DNA of 64,000 bases from an uncultured Actinomycetota bacterium (GCA_963728425.1 CAVSKC010000018.1:7164-71163); one strand, 5' to 3'; positions 51,894-62,426 are shown, numbered from the stretch's first letter. Numbers and translations: made by a program. The notes: a model not told the origin generated them from the letters alone.

Positions 51894-52962
51894 TCAACGC
51901 TCGGAGGGTGGCAACGCGACCGGGTTGGCGGCCTCGCCCTCGGTGGCGATGAGGAGCAGTGTCGTCTCAGGCATCCGGGTCGCCGCGAGTGTCCGGGCTG
52001 CGGCCAGCGGGGCCGCGCCGCAGGGCCCGACGGGGACGCCGTTCCCAGCGAGGTCCCAGCCGGCCGAGATCACCTGGTCGTCGGTGACAGTGGCGGTGGC
52101 ATCGAGACCCTGGTGGATCGACGGCCAGGCGAGGCTGGAGACGGTGCCGCAGTTGAGGCCGGCCATGATCGTGTGGCCGGTGGCGACGCTGACGGGGTGT
52201 CCTGCGGCGATGCTGGCCTGCACGCACGCGGCGTCGACGGGTTCGACGGAGACCACGGCCGGGTCCGCACTCGCGCCGCGCACTCGGTAGTGAGTGAGAC
52301 CGGCGTGCAGCAGGGAACCGACCCCAGTCGGCACGAGCACCATGTCCGGCTGCTCGATCCCGAGGTCGGCGAGCTGGTCGTCGAGCTCCCGGAAGAGCGT
52401 GGAGTACCCGGCCACGATCCAACCGGGCACCTCCTCGTACCCGTCCCAGGCCGTGTCCTGCACGAGGATCCCGCCGGTGTCGGCGGCGTAGCGGGCAGCG
52501 GTCGCGGACGGCCTCGTCGTAGTCGGCCGGCACCGGAGTGACGTCCGCTCCCTCGTCCCGGATCGCCTGGACGGCCGCCGGGTGCACGCCGTCCGGGATG
52601 AAGATCCGCGCGTGATGACCGAGCAGTCGCGCGAACCGTGCCACCGCGCGACCGTGGTTGCCGTCGGTCGCCGCCACCAGGGTCACCGGACTCGACTCCT
52701 CCGTATCACTACGGAGCCGAGCGCGGAGGGCGCAGTGGATCGCCCACGACGCGCCGAGACTCTTGAACGCCGGCAGGCCGAGCCGGTGCGACTCGTCCTT
52801 GACCAGCAGCCGGCCGACGCCCAGTTCTGCAGCGAGCGCCGGCAGGTCGACCAGCCTGGTCGGGGCGTACCCGGCCAGCCCGCGATGGAAGTCCAGGACG
52901 TCCCGCGGGACCGGCTGGGAGGTCCAGGTGCGGTCGCGGCCTGGGTTGGCAAGCCAGGTCAT
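51894..52962 (-). CDS. PLP-dependent diaminopropionate ammonia-lyase-family enzyme. One frameshift near 52480.
   Basis: MTWLANPGR..YAPTRLVDLPALAAELGVGRLLVKDESHRLGLPAFKSLGASWA..VAATDGNHGRAVA (frame of ORF 51967..53319) joins ORF 51894..52463 (..VLVPTGVGSLLHAG.. AGLNCGTVSSLAWP..). Confidence 0.7.
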
Positions 52963-54146
52963 TGCGTCGCCCGGGTGGGAAGAGCCGTGCGGGCGAGGTT
53001 CACGTAGTAGGCCACGCCGGTTTCGAGAACCTCGTCGTTGAAGTCGTAGTCGTGGCTGTGCAGCGGGGTCCCGCCGGCGCCGACGTCGGCACCGTTGCCG
53101 AGCATGGCGAAGCACGACGGGACGACGCGGCCGAAGGCGCCGAAGTCTTCGCTGGCCATGAACGGCGGGCAGTCCGGGTCGACGTGGTCCTCGGGGACCG
53201 TCAGCCGGGCGGCAGCCAGCGCGAGCGCCGTGGCCCCGGCGTCGTTGACGGTCGGCTCGAACTCCTGGGTGTAGGAGACCGTGCAGGTCGCGCCGTGGGC
53301 CGCGCAGATGCCGTTGCACAGCTCCCGCATCCGACGCTCGAGCAGCGCCTGGACGTCGCTCGTGAAGCTGCGCGTGTCACCCCGGATGACGACCTCGGAG
53401 GGGATCGCGTTGCGGGCGCCGTCCGTGACGATCTCGGTGCAGGAGACGACCGCGGTGTCGGCCGGATGGACGTTGCGGGCGACGATGGTCTGCAGCCCGA
53501 GCACGATCTGGGCAGCGACCACGATGGGGTCGACGACCATTTGCGGCTGGGATGCGTGGCCGCCCCGACCGGCGATGCGGACCTCGAAGTTGTCCTCGCT
53601 GGACATCAGGCTTCCTACCCGGGTGCTGATCCGGCCGGCGGCCAGGCCCGGCATGTTGTGCAGCCCGAACATCGCGTCGACGGGGAACCGGTCGAAGAGA
53701 CCGTCGGCGATCATCGCCTTCGCACCGAGCCCGTGCTCTTCGGCCGGCTGGAAGACGAGGTGGACCGCGCCGCCGAAGCCGCCCTCGCTGGCGAGCACCT
53801 GGCCGGCACCCAGCACCATGGCCATGTGCCCGTCGTGGCCGCACGCGTGCATCGTGCCGTCGTGCCGTGATCGGTACGGCAGCGCGCTGCGTTCGGGTAG
53901 CGGTAGCCCGTCCATGTCGGCGCGCAGCCCGATCGCCCGGCCCGCGCCGTCTGGCGCGATCCCCCGGACCGTGGCCACCAGGCCGGTGCCGCCGATGCCA
54001 CGCGTGACCTCGAGGCCCATCGCCGACAGCTCGGCGGCCAGGTAGTCGCTCGTGCGGTGCTCGGCGAGGCCGGTCTCGGGGATCTGGTGCAGGTCGTGCC
54101 GCCAGCGGCGGAGCCGGTCCGGCAAGGTCTCGAGCGCCGCGTTCAC
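52959..54146 (-). CDS. M20D-family amidohydrolase (hippurate hydrolase / N-acyl-amino-acid deacylase-like), intact.
   Basis: The GTG at 54146 is in ORF 52959..54263. Motifs: LRRWRHDLHQIPETGLAEHRTSDYL, DGTMHACGHDGHMAMVLGA, VHLVFQPAEE and LHSHDYDFNDE. The stop overlaps the downstream ATG (ATGA at 52959-52962). Confidence 0.85.
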   Translation of the reverse strand: MNAALETLPDRLRRWRHDLHQIPETGLAEHRTSDYLAAELSAMGLEVTRGIGGTGLVATVRGIAPDGAGRAIGLRADMDGLPLPERSALPYRSRHDGTMHACGHDGHMAMVLGAGQVLASEGGFGGAVHLVFQPAEEHGLGAKAMIADGLFDRFPVDAMFGLHNMPGLAAGRISTRVGSLMSSEDNFEVRIAGRGGHASQPQMVVDPIVVAAQIVLGLQTIVARNVHPADTAVVSCTEIVTDGARNAIPSEVVIRGDTRSFTSDVQALLERRMRELCNGICAAHGATCTVSYTQEFEPTVNDAGATALALAAARLTVPEDHVDPDCPPFMASEDFGAFGRVVPSCFAMLGNGADVGAGGTPLHSHDYDFNDEVLETGVAYYVNLARTALPTRATQ

Positions 54147-54171
54147 CCGTCCAGGGTCCCAGAGCCAGGCG

Positions 54172-54573
54172 TCAGTCGGTCCCGGCGCCGACGTGGTCCC
54201 GGATCTCCTGGATGGCCCACGGGTTGCCGTCGGGGTCGGCGAGGAACAGGAACTTGCCGCCATCGCGTGGGTCGAGCACCTGCACGTCCCCGGTCTCCAC
54301 CCCGCGCTCGACCAGCTCGGCGCGGGCCGCCTCGATGTCGGTGACGACGAGCTGGAGGCTGGCCCGGGGGCCGGGAGGGGTGGCCGGGTCGACGATGACC
54401 GGGCCGACGGTGACCGAGCAGGACGAGCCGGGCGGGGTCATCTGGACCACCCGCATCGACTCGGTCGGCCAGGTGTCGGCGTCCAGGTGGAAGCCGAGCT
54501 GGTCGACGTAGAACGCCTTGGCCCGGTCTACGTCGGTGACGGGGACGACGACGACTTCGAGCTTCCAGTCCAT
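54172..54573 (-). CDS. VOC/glyoxalase-family protein, intact, 133 aa.
   Basis: ORF 54172..54573: VVPVTDVDRAKAFYVDQLGFHLD ... LFLADPDGNPWAIQE. Confidence 0.7.
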   Translation of the reverse strand: MDWKLEVVVVPVTDVDRAKAFYVDQLGFHLDADTWPTESMRVVQMTPPGSSCSVTVGPVIVDPATPPGPRASLQLVVTDIEAARAELVERGVETGDVQVLDPRDGGKFLFLADPDGNPWAIQEIRDHVGAGTD

Positions 54574-54673
54574 GGTGATCTCCTCTGCTCCGCGGCGCCC
54601 GTGGCGGCGCCGTCACCCCCTGGTCGGAGCTGGCCGGGCCGGCTCGACATCGGCGTACAAGATTCCTCGGATC

Positions 54674-55943
54674 TCACAGGACCAGCTGGGTCAGCGCGTG
54701 GATGCCGATCCCGGCCAGTGCGCCGACCAACGTGCCGTTGATCCTGATGAACTGCAGGTCCCTTCCGACCGCCAGCTCCACCTTGCGCGCGGTCTCCTCC
54801 CCGTCCCACCGGTCGACGGTGTCGGTGATCGTGGCCGTCAGCTCGTCCCGGTACGTCGTGACGAGGTACGCGGCCGCGTCCTCCAGCCAGCCGTCGACCT
54901 TGGCCCGCAGCCGGTCGTCGCTGGACAGCCGGCCGCCGAACGACGACCACCCCGGCGGTCGCCCGGCGGCGCAGCTCGCCGTCCGGGTTCGCGACCGCCT
55001 CCAGCAGGGCGGCCCGCACGCTGCCGGCCAGGTCACCGGCTGCCGCCCGTACGGCGGGGTGAGCCAGCAGACCGGCCTTGAGCTGCTCGGCCCGGTGGAT
55101 CGTCTCCAGGTCGTCCTGGAGGTCGCGCCCGGTCTGGGCCAGGAACCGGTCCACCGACCGGCGCAGCGGATGCTCCGGATCGCGCTGCACCTCGCCCGCG
55201 ACCCGGACCACCTCGCGGTAGACGCGCAGTGCCACCGCCTCGTCGACGAACCGCGGCGACCAGGCGGGCGCCTGCCGGGCCACCGCGTCGACGACGACGT
55301 CCTCGTTCTGTGCGAGCCATCGGTTCACCTGGTCGATGACCAGCTGGAGCACGCCCTCGTGCGCCCGGTCCTCGACCACCCGGGTCAGCAGCCGGCCCAG
55401 CGGCGGGCCGACCGGTGCCTCCAGCAGGCGCGGCAGCAGAGCCTGCTCGAGCACAGCGCGCACGTCGTCGTCACGGAGCACCTCGATCGCGCCGCGCAGC
55501 GCCGTGGCCGCCTCGTCGGTCACCCGCCGTGCGTGGTCCGGGTCGGTCAGCCAGCCGCCGAGCCGGGCTGCTACCGCGACCGAGCGCAGCCGGTCCCGCA
55601 CCACCTGCTCGGACAGGAAGTGGGTCCCCACGAAGTCGCCCAGCCCGGCACCCAGCTGGTCCTTGCGGGTCGGGATGATCGCCGTGTGCGGGATCGGCAG
55701 CCCGAGCGGGCGCCGGAACAGGGCGGTGACCGCGAACCAGTCGGCGAGCGCTCCGACCATCGACGCCTCGGCCGCCGCCCGGACGTAGCCGACCCAGGCC
55801 GGGCCGCCGTCCTCAGCCCGGCTGGCGACCAGGTACACGACCGCGGCGGCGACCAACAGGGCGGTGGCGAACGACTTCATCCGGCGCAGGTCCCGCTGCT
55901 GGTCCGGTGCGGCGGGTGGGGTCAGCTGGTCGAGAGTCGTCAC
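54674..55943 (-). CDS. DUF445 family membrane protein. One frameshift near 55000.
   Basis: MKSFATALLVAAAVVYLV..MVGALADWFAVTALFRRPLGLPIPHTAIIPTRKDQLGAGLGDFV (ORF 54528..56753) and the C-terminus ..ITDTVDRWDGEETARKVELAVGRDLQFIRINGTLVGALAGIGIHALTQLVL* (ORF 54674..55036). Confidence 0.8.
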
Positions 55944-55969
55944 CCCATGATTCTGGTCAGCGGGCCAGG

Positions 55970-57009
55970 TCAGGGCAGCAGCAGGGCGCTGTCGCCGAGC
56001 TCGTGCCACAGGTAGCCGGCCGGCCCGCGCCGCGTCGTACGCCGCAGGCGACCAGCTCGGCACCCGCGACCGCCTCGAGCAGGCGCAGGTGTGACGCCCC
56101 GGGCTCGTGCCAGCCGGTGACCAGGCCGGTCGACGACCCGGGCCGGTCGGTCCGGGCCGAGCACGAGGTCGGTCCAGCCGGTGCCGGCCGACACGCTGCC
56201 GTCCGGACCGGCCACCGTCTCGAGGGCCCGGGTCACGGTGGTGCCCACCGCCACCACCCGGCCGCCGTGCCTGCGGGTGTGCTCGACCAGCCGCGCCGTG
56301 GCCGCGGGCACCGCGAACGGCTCGGGCAGCGGCGGCTCGCCGACCTCCAGCGAGGACACCCCCGTGTGCAGGGTGACCGGAGCCACCGCGACGCCGGCGG
56401 TGAGCAGGTCGGTGACCAACCCGTCGGTGAACGGCCGGCCGGCGCTGGGCATCTCGGCGCTGCCCGGGTCCCGGGCGAAGACCGTCTGGAAGTCGCGCAG
56501 CGGCCAGTCGCCGGGGACGTAGGAGTAGGTGATCGGGCGGCCGTGCCTGCCGAGGTACGCCGGGACCGAGCCGGGCACCAGCGGCCCGGACCCGCCACAG
56601 TCGGGACCAGGCCGCGTCGCGCTCCGGCCAGGGCTCCACGACGTGCAGCCGGCCCTCGACCAGCTGGACGACCTCGCCCGGCATGACGTCCTGGACCGGA
56701 CCGTCGGCCCGCGGCCCCGGCCGCAGCTCGACCGCCCAGGTGCCGTCGTCCAAGCGCGGTCGAGACGTGCACGGTCACCGCGCGCCCGGCCCGGACGCCG
56801 TCGACCGCAGCGGGCAGGGTGCCCGAGGTGTTGACGACGACCAGGTCGCCGGGCTCGAGGAAGCCGGCCAGGTCGCGGAAGGAGGCGTGCTCCACCCCGC
56901 GGGGGCGGGCTACCAGCAGCCGCACCTCGTCCCGGGCCAGCCCACGTGCCTCCGGCGGCTCGGTGGCCGACCGGACCGGCAGCCGGCCGACGTCGGCCTC
57001 TGCCGTCAC
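55970..57009 (-). CDS. queA: QueA-family S-adenosylmethionine:tRNA ribosyltransferase-isomerase homologue, frame-interrupted.
   Basis: RDEVRLLVARPRGVEHASFRDLAGFLEPGDLVVVNTSGTLPAAV (ORF 56233..57009), then YLGRHGRPITYSYVPGDWPLRDFQTVFARDPGSAEMPSAGRPFTDGLVTDLLTAGVAVAPVTLHTGVSSLE..VVAVGTTVTRALE (ORF 55970..56578). Confidence 0.75.
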
Positions 57010-57710
57010 CGGGCCGCGCCCGCGGGCAGCAGCAGGTCGGTGGCGCGGTAGCGGCCGCTCGCGGGGCGGTGTTCGAGCAGCGCCCGCAGCGCGGGGACCG
57101 CCACCGTGCCGGGCTCCGGCCGGTCCGAGATGTCCTCGCCGGGGTAGGCCTGCTGGTGCATGTCGGTGCGCATGTCGCCCGGGTCGAGCGCGTAGACGCG
57201 CAGGTCGGGCTCCTCGACCGCGAGCACCGCCGACAGGTGGTCGAGCGCGGCCTTGGCCGAGCCGTACCCGCCCCAGCCCTCGTAGGCCTCGACAGCAGCG
57301 TCCGAGCTGACGTTGACGACGGTGCCGCCGGACCGGCGCAGCTGCGGCAGGACCTCCCGCAGCAGGGCGTGCGGCGCCAGCACGTCGACGTCGTACACGG
57401 TGGCGAGGTCGCGCGGCTCGTAGTCCGCGAGCCGTGGCTGCGGGCTCGGGCCGAGGTGGCTGGCGTTGTTCACCAGCAGGTCGAGGCCGCCGAGGTCCCA
57501 GGCGGCGGCGACCAGGTCCTCGCGGTGACGGCCGTCCCGCACATCGCCCGGAAGCAGCCTGGTCCGAGCCGGGACGAGGCCGGCTCCGGCGGCCGCCAGG
57601 TCGTCGGCTCCGCGGGCGTCGAGCACGAGGGACCAGCCCGCTGCGGCCAGGTCGTGCGCGAGGGCGCGGCCGAAGCCGCGCGAGGCGCCGGTGATGAGTG
57701 CGACAGGCAT
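57006..57710 (-). CDS. Short-chain dehydrogenase/reductase (SDR), intact. It overlaps the start of the queA-like gene by 4 nt.
   Basis: ORF 57006..57710. Motifs: VALITGASRGFGRALA, LLVNNAS and YGSAKAAL. Confidence 0.85.
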   Translation of the reverse strand: MPVALITGASRGFGRALAHDLAAAGWSLVLDARGADDLAAAGAGLVPARTRLLPGDVRDGRHREDLVAAAWDLGGLDLLVNNASHLGPSPQPRLADYEPRDLATVYDVDVLAPHALLREVLPQLRRSGGTVVNVSSDAAVEAYEGWGGYGSAKAALDHLSAVLAVEEPDLRVYALDPGDMRTDMHQQAYPGEDISDRPEPGTVAVPALRALLEHRPASGRYRATDLLLPAGAAR

Positions 57711-57761
57711 CGGGAGGGTTCTCCTTGTATCGGCGGGTTGTGCGGTTGTCCTGCTGAGTGC

Positions 57762-57792
57762 ATCCTGGGACTTAAAGTTGACTTCAAGTCAA
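57762..57792 (-). promoter_or_regulatory. Putative SoxR-box promoter for the SDR/queA-like operon, with a MerR-type 19-bp spacer.
   Basis: The minus strand reads TTGACT-TGAAGTCAACTTTAAGTCC-CAGGAT. The spacer contains the inverted repeat ACTTGAAGT-CA-ACTTTAAGT (8/9 symmetric), which resembles the SoxR box CCTCAAGTTAACTTGAGG. It lies between divergent soxR (57817 +) and the SDR gene (57710 -). Confidence 0.55.
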
Positions 57793-57816
57793 GCCTTGCG
57801 TCTCAGGGAGGAACTC

Positions 57817-58312
57817 GTGGACTCCGCCGACCTGCTCACCGTGGGTGAGGTGGCCGACCGGAGCGGTTTCGCCGCGTCGGCGCTGCGCTACTACGAGCGG
57901 GTGGGCCTGATCGCGGCAAGCCGCACCTCCGGCGGCCAGCGGCGCTACCGGCGCAGCGTGCTGCGGCGGCTCGCCTTCGTCCGGGCGGCTCGCAACATCG
58001 GACTTTCCCTGGACGAGGTAGCCGCGGCGCTGGCCACGCTGCCCGACGGGCGGACCCCGACCAAGGCCGACTGGGCCCGGCTGTCGCGGGCCTGGCGGTC
58101 GCGGCTGGACGAGCAGATCGACGGCTTGGTCGCGCTGCGCGACGGGCTGGACTCGTGCATCGGCTGCGGCTGCCTGTCGCTGCGCCGGTGCGCCTTCTCC
58201 AACCCCGCCGACCTGGCCGCCGGGGCCGGCCCCGGTGCCGCCTTTCTGCCGCGCTCCCTCGCGCCGCCGGGCGGAGGACGGGCCGGCGCCGAGGGGGGAT
58301 CACTCTGCGTAA
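57817..58312 (+). CDS. soxR: Redox-sensing MerR-family regulator SoxR. The 3' end is uncertain and probably frameshifted.
   Basis: The GTG at 57817 follows GGGAGG. Motifs: LTVGEVADRSGFAASALRYYERVGLI and the [2Fe-2S] motif CIGCGCLSLRRCAFSNP (ORF 57691..58491). Confidence 0.85.
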
Positions 58313-58367
58313 CGCCACTCACCCTGCTGGGCGAGTGCCCGGCCGCTCCTCCTGGGTACGTCGATGT

Positions 58368-59222
58368 ATGCGCGCCCCGGACTCGCTCGAGCTGCGCCGA
58401 CTCGCTCTCGCGGTGTCGGTCCTGGACGACGTCGACATCGTCCCGCTGGAGGACGGCCTGCTGCTCACGGGCGAGACGGCCGTCGAGGTGAGCTGGCTGG
58501 AGCTGCGCCGGGCGCTGGCCGGTGCCGAGCTGGACGACACTTTGCGGGGAACGAGCTCGGCCGGGCCCGGGTGCTGGCCTGGCTGCGCGGCCGACGGATC
58601 GCGGCCGACCATCCACGAGGACCACCTGCGCGAGGTCGCGCGGCCGGTCGGGCTGCCCGTCGACCACCCGATGCACCCGGGCCTGGACTGGGTGCGGCAC
58701 CGCGTGCTCGGCGACACCCTGGACCTCGGCCTCGGGTTCGTCGGCGTCGGCCCCGACCCCGACGAGGTCGTGGTCGTGCCGCAGGGCGCCCTGGACGCGG
58801 CCGGTGTCGACCCGTCGCCGTGGTGGCCGGAGGCGCTTGACTACCTCGAGCGGATGGGCACCATCGCCGCCCAGCGGCTGGGGGCGGGCCCGGTGCTGCG
58901 TCCGATCGGCGACTGCGACGTGGTCACCCTGCTCGGCTCGCACGAGTTCCGGGTCGCCCTGGGGGCGCAGGACGGCACCGGGATGCGCGCGGCCGCGGTG
59001 CCGATGCGCCGCCGCGGCTGGCTGGACCTGACCCGGATCGACCCGGCCTTCACCGCCGCCGCGGCCGCGGCGACTGCCCTCGCCGACCGTGGCTTCAGCC
59101 GGCCGGTGCTCGTCACCGCCGACGAGGTCACGGTGGCGACCGAGGGCGGCCGCCCGGCCGAGATCGTGCTGCGCGACCCCGCCGTGCAGGCGCCGCACCT
59201 GCGTCCGGTCCTGTTCCGTTAG
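58368..59222 (+). CDS. Conserved-looking hypothetical protein of about 285 aa, frame-interrupted near 58540-58620.
   Basis: The ATG at 58368 is in ORF 58155..59222. MRAPDSLELRRLALAVSVLDDVDIVPLEDGLLLTGE ... VGLPVDHPMHPGLDWVRHRVLGDTLDLGLGFVGVGPDPDEVVVVP ... No family recognised. Confidence 0.4.
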   Translation: MRAPDSLELRRLALAVSVLDDVDIVPLEDGLLLTGETAVEVSWLELRRALAGAELDDTLRGTSSAGPGCWPGCAADGSRPTIHEDHLREVARPVGLPVDHPMHPGLDWVRHRVLGDTLDLGLGFVGVGPDPDEVVVVPQGALDAAGVDPSPWWPEALDYLERMGTIAAQRLGAGPVLRPIGDCDVVTLLGSHEFRVALGAQDGTGMRAAAVPMRRRGWLDLTRIDPAFTAAAAAATALADRGFSRPVLVTADEVTVATEGGRPAEIVLRDPAVQAPHLRPVLFR

Positions 59223-59244
59223 GCGACCGGCGGCTGCGCGCCGT

Positions 59245-60759
59245 TCACGACACCGGTGTCATGAGCTCGTCGACCACCCGCTTCCCGCGGCGCCGGAGCA
59301 GCAACGTCACGACCACCCCGATCGAGAGGAGCGCGTAGACCGTGGCTGCGAACGGGCTCGAGACGAGTGCCGTCGCGTCGCCCTGGCTGATGGCCAGGGT
59401 GCGGCGCAGCTGCTCCTCCGCGATCGGTCCGAGGATGAGGCCGATTACCGCCGGTGCAATCGGGTAGCCGAACCGGCGCATGACGTAGCCCAGGATCCCG
59501 ATGCCGAGCAGGACCCACAGATCGGTGCGGACACCGTTGAGGGCGTATCCGCCGAGGGCCGCGAACAGCAGGATGCCGGCATAGAGGTAGGCGCGCGGGA
59601 TGCGGAGCAGTCGGACCCAGAGCCCGACCAGCGGCAGGTTGAGCACCAGCAGCAGGACGTTGCCGACGTACAGGCTCGCGATCAGGGCCCACACCAGGTT
59701 GCCCTCGTTCTGGAACAGCAGCGGGCCCGGTTGGATCCCGTAGCTCTGGAACGCCGCGATGAGCACGGCGGCCGTCGCCGAGGTCGGCAGCCCCAGGGTG
59801 AGCAACGGAACCAGCACGCCGGCGGCAGCCGCGTTGTTGGCGGCTTCCGGACCCGCGACGCCCTCGATCGCGCCGGAGGTGCCGAACTCGTGCTTGTGCT
59901 TCGACAGCTTCTTCTCCACGGCGTAGGAGAGGAAGGTCGGGATCTCGGCGCCACCCGCCGGCATCGCGCCGATCGGGAAGCCGAGCGCCGTGCCACGCAG
60001 CCAGGGACGCCATGACCGCCGGAAGTCCTGCCGGGTCATCCACGAGCCGCCCGCCGGGATGATCTCCAGCGGGCCGTGCCGGAGCCTTGAGGCCACCCAC
60101 AGCGCCTCACCGACCGCGAACACGCCGACTGCGAAGGTCACGACGTCGATGCCGTCGGCGAGGACCGGTAGGCCGAAGGTGAAGCGCCGCTGCCCGGTCA
60201 GGGTGTCGGTGCCGACCAACCCGATCAGCAGGCCGATGGCCAATGATGCCAGCCCCCTGGACACCGACGACCCGAGCAGGGCGGACACGGTGAGCAGGGC
60301 GACGACGGTGAGGGCGACGTAGTCCGGCGAGCCGAGCTGGACCGCGAGGTCGGCCAGCGTCGGCGCGACCAGGGTCAGCCCGACGGTCGCGATCGTGCCC
60401 GCGACGAACGAGCCGATCGCCGCAGTAGCCAGCGCCGCCGCACCACGGCCGGACCGCGCCATCTTGTTGCCCTCGATGGCGGTGATGATCGAGGACGACT
60501 CCCCCGGCGTGTTGAGCAGGATGGAGGTCGTCGACCCGCCGTACATGCCGCCGTAGTAGATGCCGGCGAACATGATGAAGGCCGCCGTGGGCTCCACCTT
60601 GTAGGTCACCGGGAGCAGCAGAGCGACGGTCATGGCCGGGCCGATGCCGGGGAGGACCCCGACAGCCGTTCCAAGCGTGACGCCGATCAGCGCATAGAGG
60701 AGGTACGCCGGTTGCAGCGCGACCCCGAACCCATCCAGTAGCGAGCCGATGTCACCCAC
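59245..60759 (-). CDS. tctA: Tripartite tricarboxylate transporter large permease TctA, intact, 504 aa.
   Basis: Single ORF 59245..60759, polytopic. Motifs: [17 protein letters not shown] and [17 protein letters not shown]. Confidence 0.85.
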   Translation of the reverse strand: MGDIGSLLDGFGVALQPAYLLYALIGVTLGTAVGVLPGIGPAMTVALLLPVTYKVEPTAAFIMFAGIYYGGMYGGSTTSILLNTPGESSSIITAIEGNKMARSGRGAAALATAAIGSFVAGTIATVGLTLVAPTLADLAVQLGSPDYVALTVVALLTVSALLGSSVSRGLASLAIGLLIGLVGTDTLTGQRRFTFGLPVLADGIDVVTFAVGVFAVGEALWVASRLRHGPLEIIPAGGSWMTRQDFRRSWRPWLRGTALGFPIGAMPAGGAEIPTFLSYAVEKKLSKHKHEFGTSGAIEGVAGPEAANNAAAAGVLVPLLTLGLPTSATAAVLIAAFQSYGIQPGPLLFQNEGNLVWALIASLYVGNVLLLVLNLPLVGLWVRLLRIPRAYLYAGILLFAALGGYALNGVRTDLWVLLGIGILGYVMRRFGYPIAPAVIGLILGPIAEEQLRRTLAISQGDATALVSSPFAATVYALLSIGVVVTLLLRRRGKRVVDELMTPVS

Positions 60760-60768
60760 TGAGGAGAC

Positions 60769-61278
60769 TCACCCCTCGAACAGCCCGGCCGGCAGCGTGA
60801 CCCCGAGCCCGGACACGAACAACGCCTGCACGGTGAACCCGAGCACGACACCGACCGCGGCCGCCTTGACCGGATGGCCACCAAGAGCCCACGCCACCAC
60901 GGTGAAAAGCAGTGCGCCGGCCAGTGCCCAGCCGAGCCGGTCGACGAGCACAACGTGCAGCGCGAAGCCGGCCACGATCTTGGCCAGGGTCGCCCAGTCC
61001 GTCGGCGCGTCGACGTCGACGTCCTCACCGGCCTCGGGCTCGGCCCGGCTGCCTCGAAGCGTTGCGACGAGGACCGCGGCCCCGGCGACCGTGAGGATGG
61101 CCCCGACCGCGTACGGGAAGACGCGCGGGCCCACCACGTTGGAGCTGAGCGGGACGGTGATCCGGTGCGCGTCCACCATCGTGAAGACACCGAGTGCCAC
61201 GATGCCCAGCGCCACCACGACCTCCGGCACGGCGACGCGGGCCGCCGTACCGGAGGTCTCGCCGGTCTCGACTGTCAT
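60769..61278 (-). CDS. tctB: Tripartite tricarboxylate transporter small subunit TctB, intact, 169 aa.
   Basis: The ATG at 61278 is in the frame of ORF 60769..62409. It has about 4 TM segments (VVVALGIVALGVFTMV, AVGAILTVAGAAVLVA, ...). Its position between tctC and tctA supports the call. Confidence 0.6.
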   Translation of the reverse strand: MTVETGETSGTAARVAVPEVVVALGIVALGVFTMVDAHRITVPLSSNVVGPRVFPYAVGAILTVAGAAVLVATLRGSRAEPEAGEDVDVDAPTDWATLAKIVAGFALHVVLVDRLGWALAGALLFTVVAWALGGHPVKAAAVGVVLGFTVQALFVSGLGVTLPAGLFEG

Positions 61279-61280
61279 GA

Positions 61281-62271
61281 CTAGCTGACCAGCCCGAGGT
61301 CCTTGAGGACCGTGGACGTGGTGGTCTCCTCGTCCTTGATGAAGCTTGCGAACTCGTCCCCGGTGAGGAAGGTGTCGCTCCAGCCGTTCGTGGTGAGCGC
61401 CTTCTTCCAGGAGGACGAGTCGTGCATCTGGGTCACGGCCTCGACCAACCGGTCGGTCGCCTCCTTGGAGAGGCCCTTGGGCGCCACGACTCCGCGCCAG
61501 TTGGTCAGCTCGACGTCGTAGCCGCCCTCCTTCAGGGTGGGCGCGTCGACGCCGTCGACCCGCTCCGGCCCAGCGACCGCGAGCGCCCGCAGCTTGCCGG
61601 CCTTGATCTGCTCGGCGTACTCGCTCACGCCGGAGATGCCGGCAGCCACCTTGTTGCCCAGCAGCGCGGCCAGCGACTCGCCGCCGCCGGAGAACGCCAC
61701 GTAGTTCAGGTCCGCGGGCGACGCGCCGGCCGCCTTGGTGAGCAGCCCCGCGACGATGTGGTCGGTGCCGCCGGCGGAGCCACCGGCGATGGCGACCTTG
61801 CGCCCTCTCGCCTTGAGGTCGTCCCCGAGGTCCTTGATCGTCTTGTACGGGCTGTCCGCCGGCACCACGATGACCTCGTCCTCGGCGGTCAGACGGGCGA
61901 TCGGCGTGACGTCGTCCAACGTCGATGGGTGACTGGCTGGTCTCGATGGCGCCGATCATCACCAGCCCCATCACCATCAGGTAGTCCTCGCTCTTCTCGT
62001 TCCCGAGCTGCGCGAGACCGATCGTGCCGCCGGCCCCGGGCACGTTCGTCACCGTGGTGGCCTTGGCGACCTTGGCGTCCTTGAGCGAGGTGGACATGGC
62101 CCGGGCGGTGAGGTCCCAGCCGCCGCCGGGGTCGGCCGGCGCCATGATCTGCAGACGGCTGACGGCCTGCTCGGAGGTCGGTGCCTGCCTTGTCGACAGT
62201 GCCCGAGCACGCCGACAGAGCGAGGACGGCCACGGCGAGGCGAGGGTGACACGAAGGGCGGGAGACCGCAT
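61281..62271 (-). CDS. tctC: Tripartite tricarboxylate transporter substrate-binding lipoprotein TctC (Bug family), frame-interrupted near 61920 and 62150-62230.
   Basis: Lipobox ..LAVAVLALSAC. Then LQIMAPADPGGGWDLTARAM..VTNVPGAGGTIGL and ORF 61281..61919 (..SPYKTIKDLGDDLKA..VAIAGGSAGGTDHIVAGLL..LTNWRGVVAPKGL). Confidence 0.8.
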
Positions 62272-62426
62272 CGGCTGGTCCTTTCGTTTCGCGGAGGTTT
62301 CGTCCTCCGGACACCGGCGGACGCTAGGTCGGGGGCAGGACGGCGGACCAGCCCTCTGGTCATACCGGTCGTATTGGTCGTAGTGGTCGCGGTGCTGCCG
62401 CTCGGGCACTGCGGCACGATGAGCGG

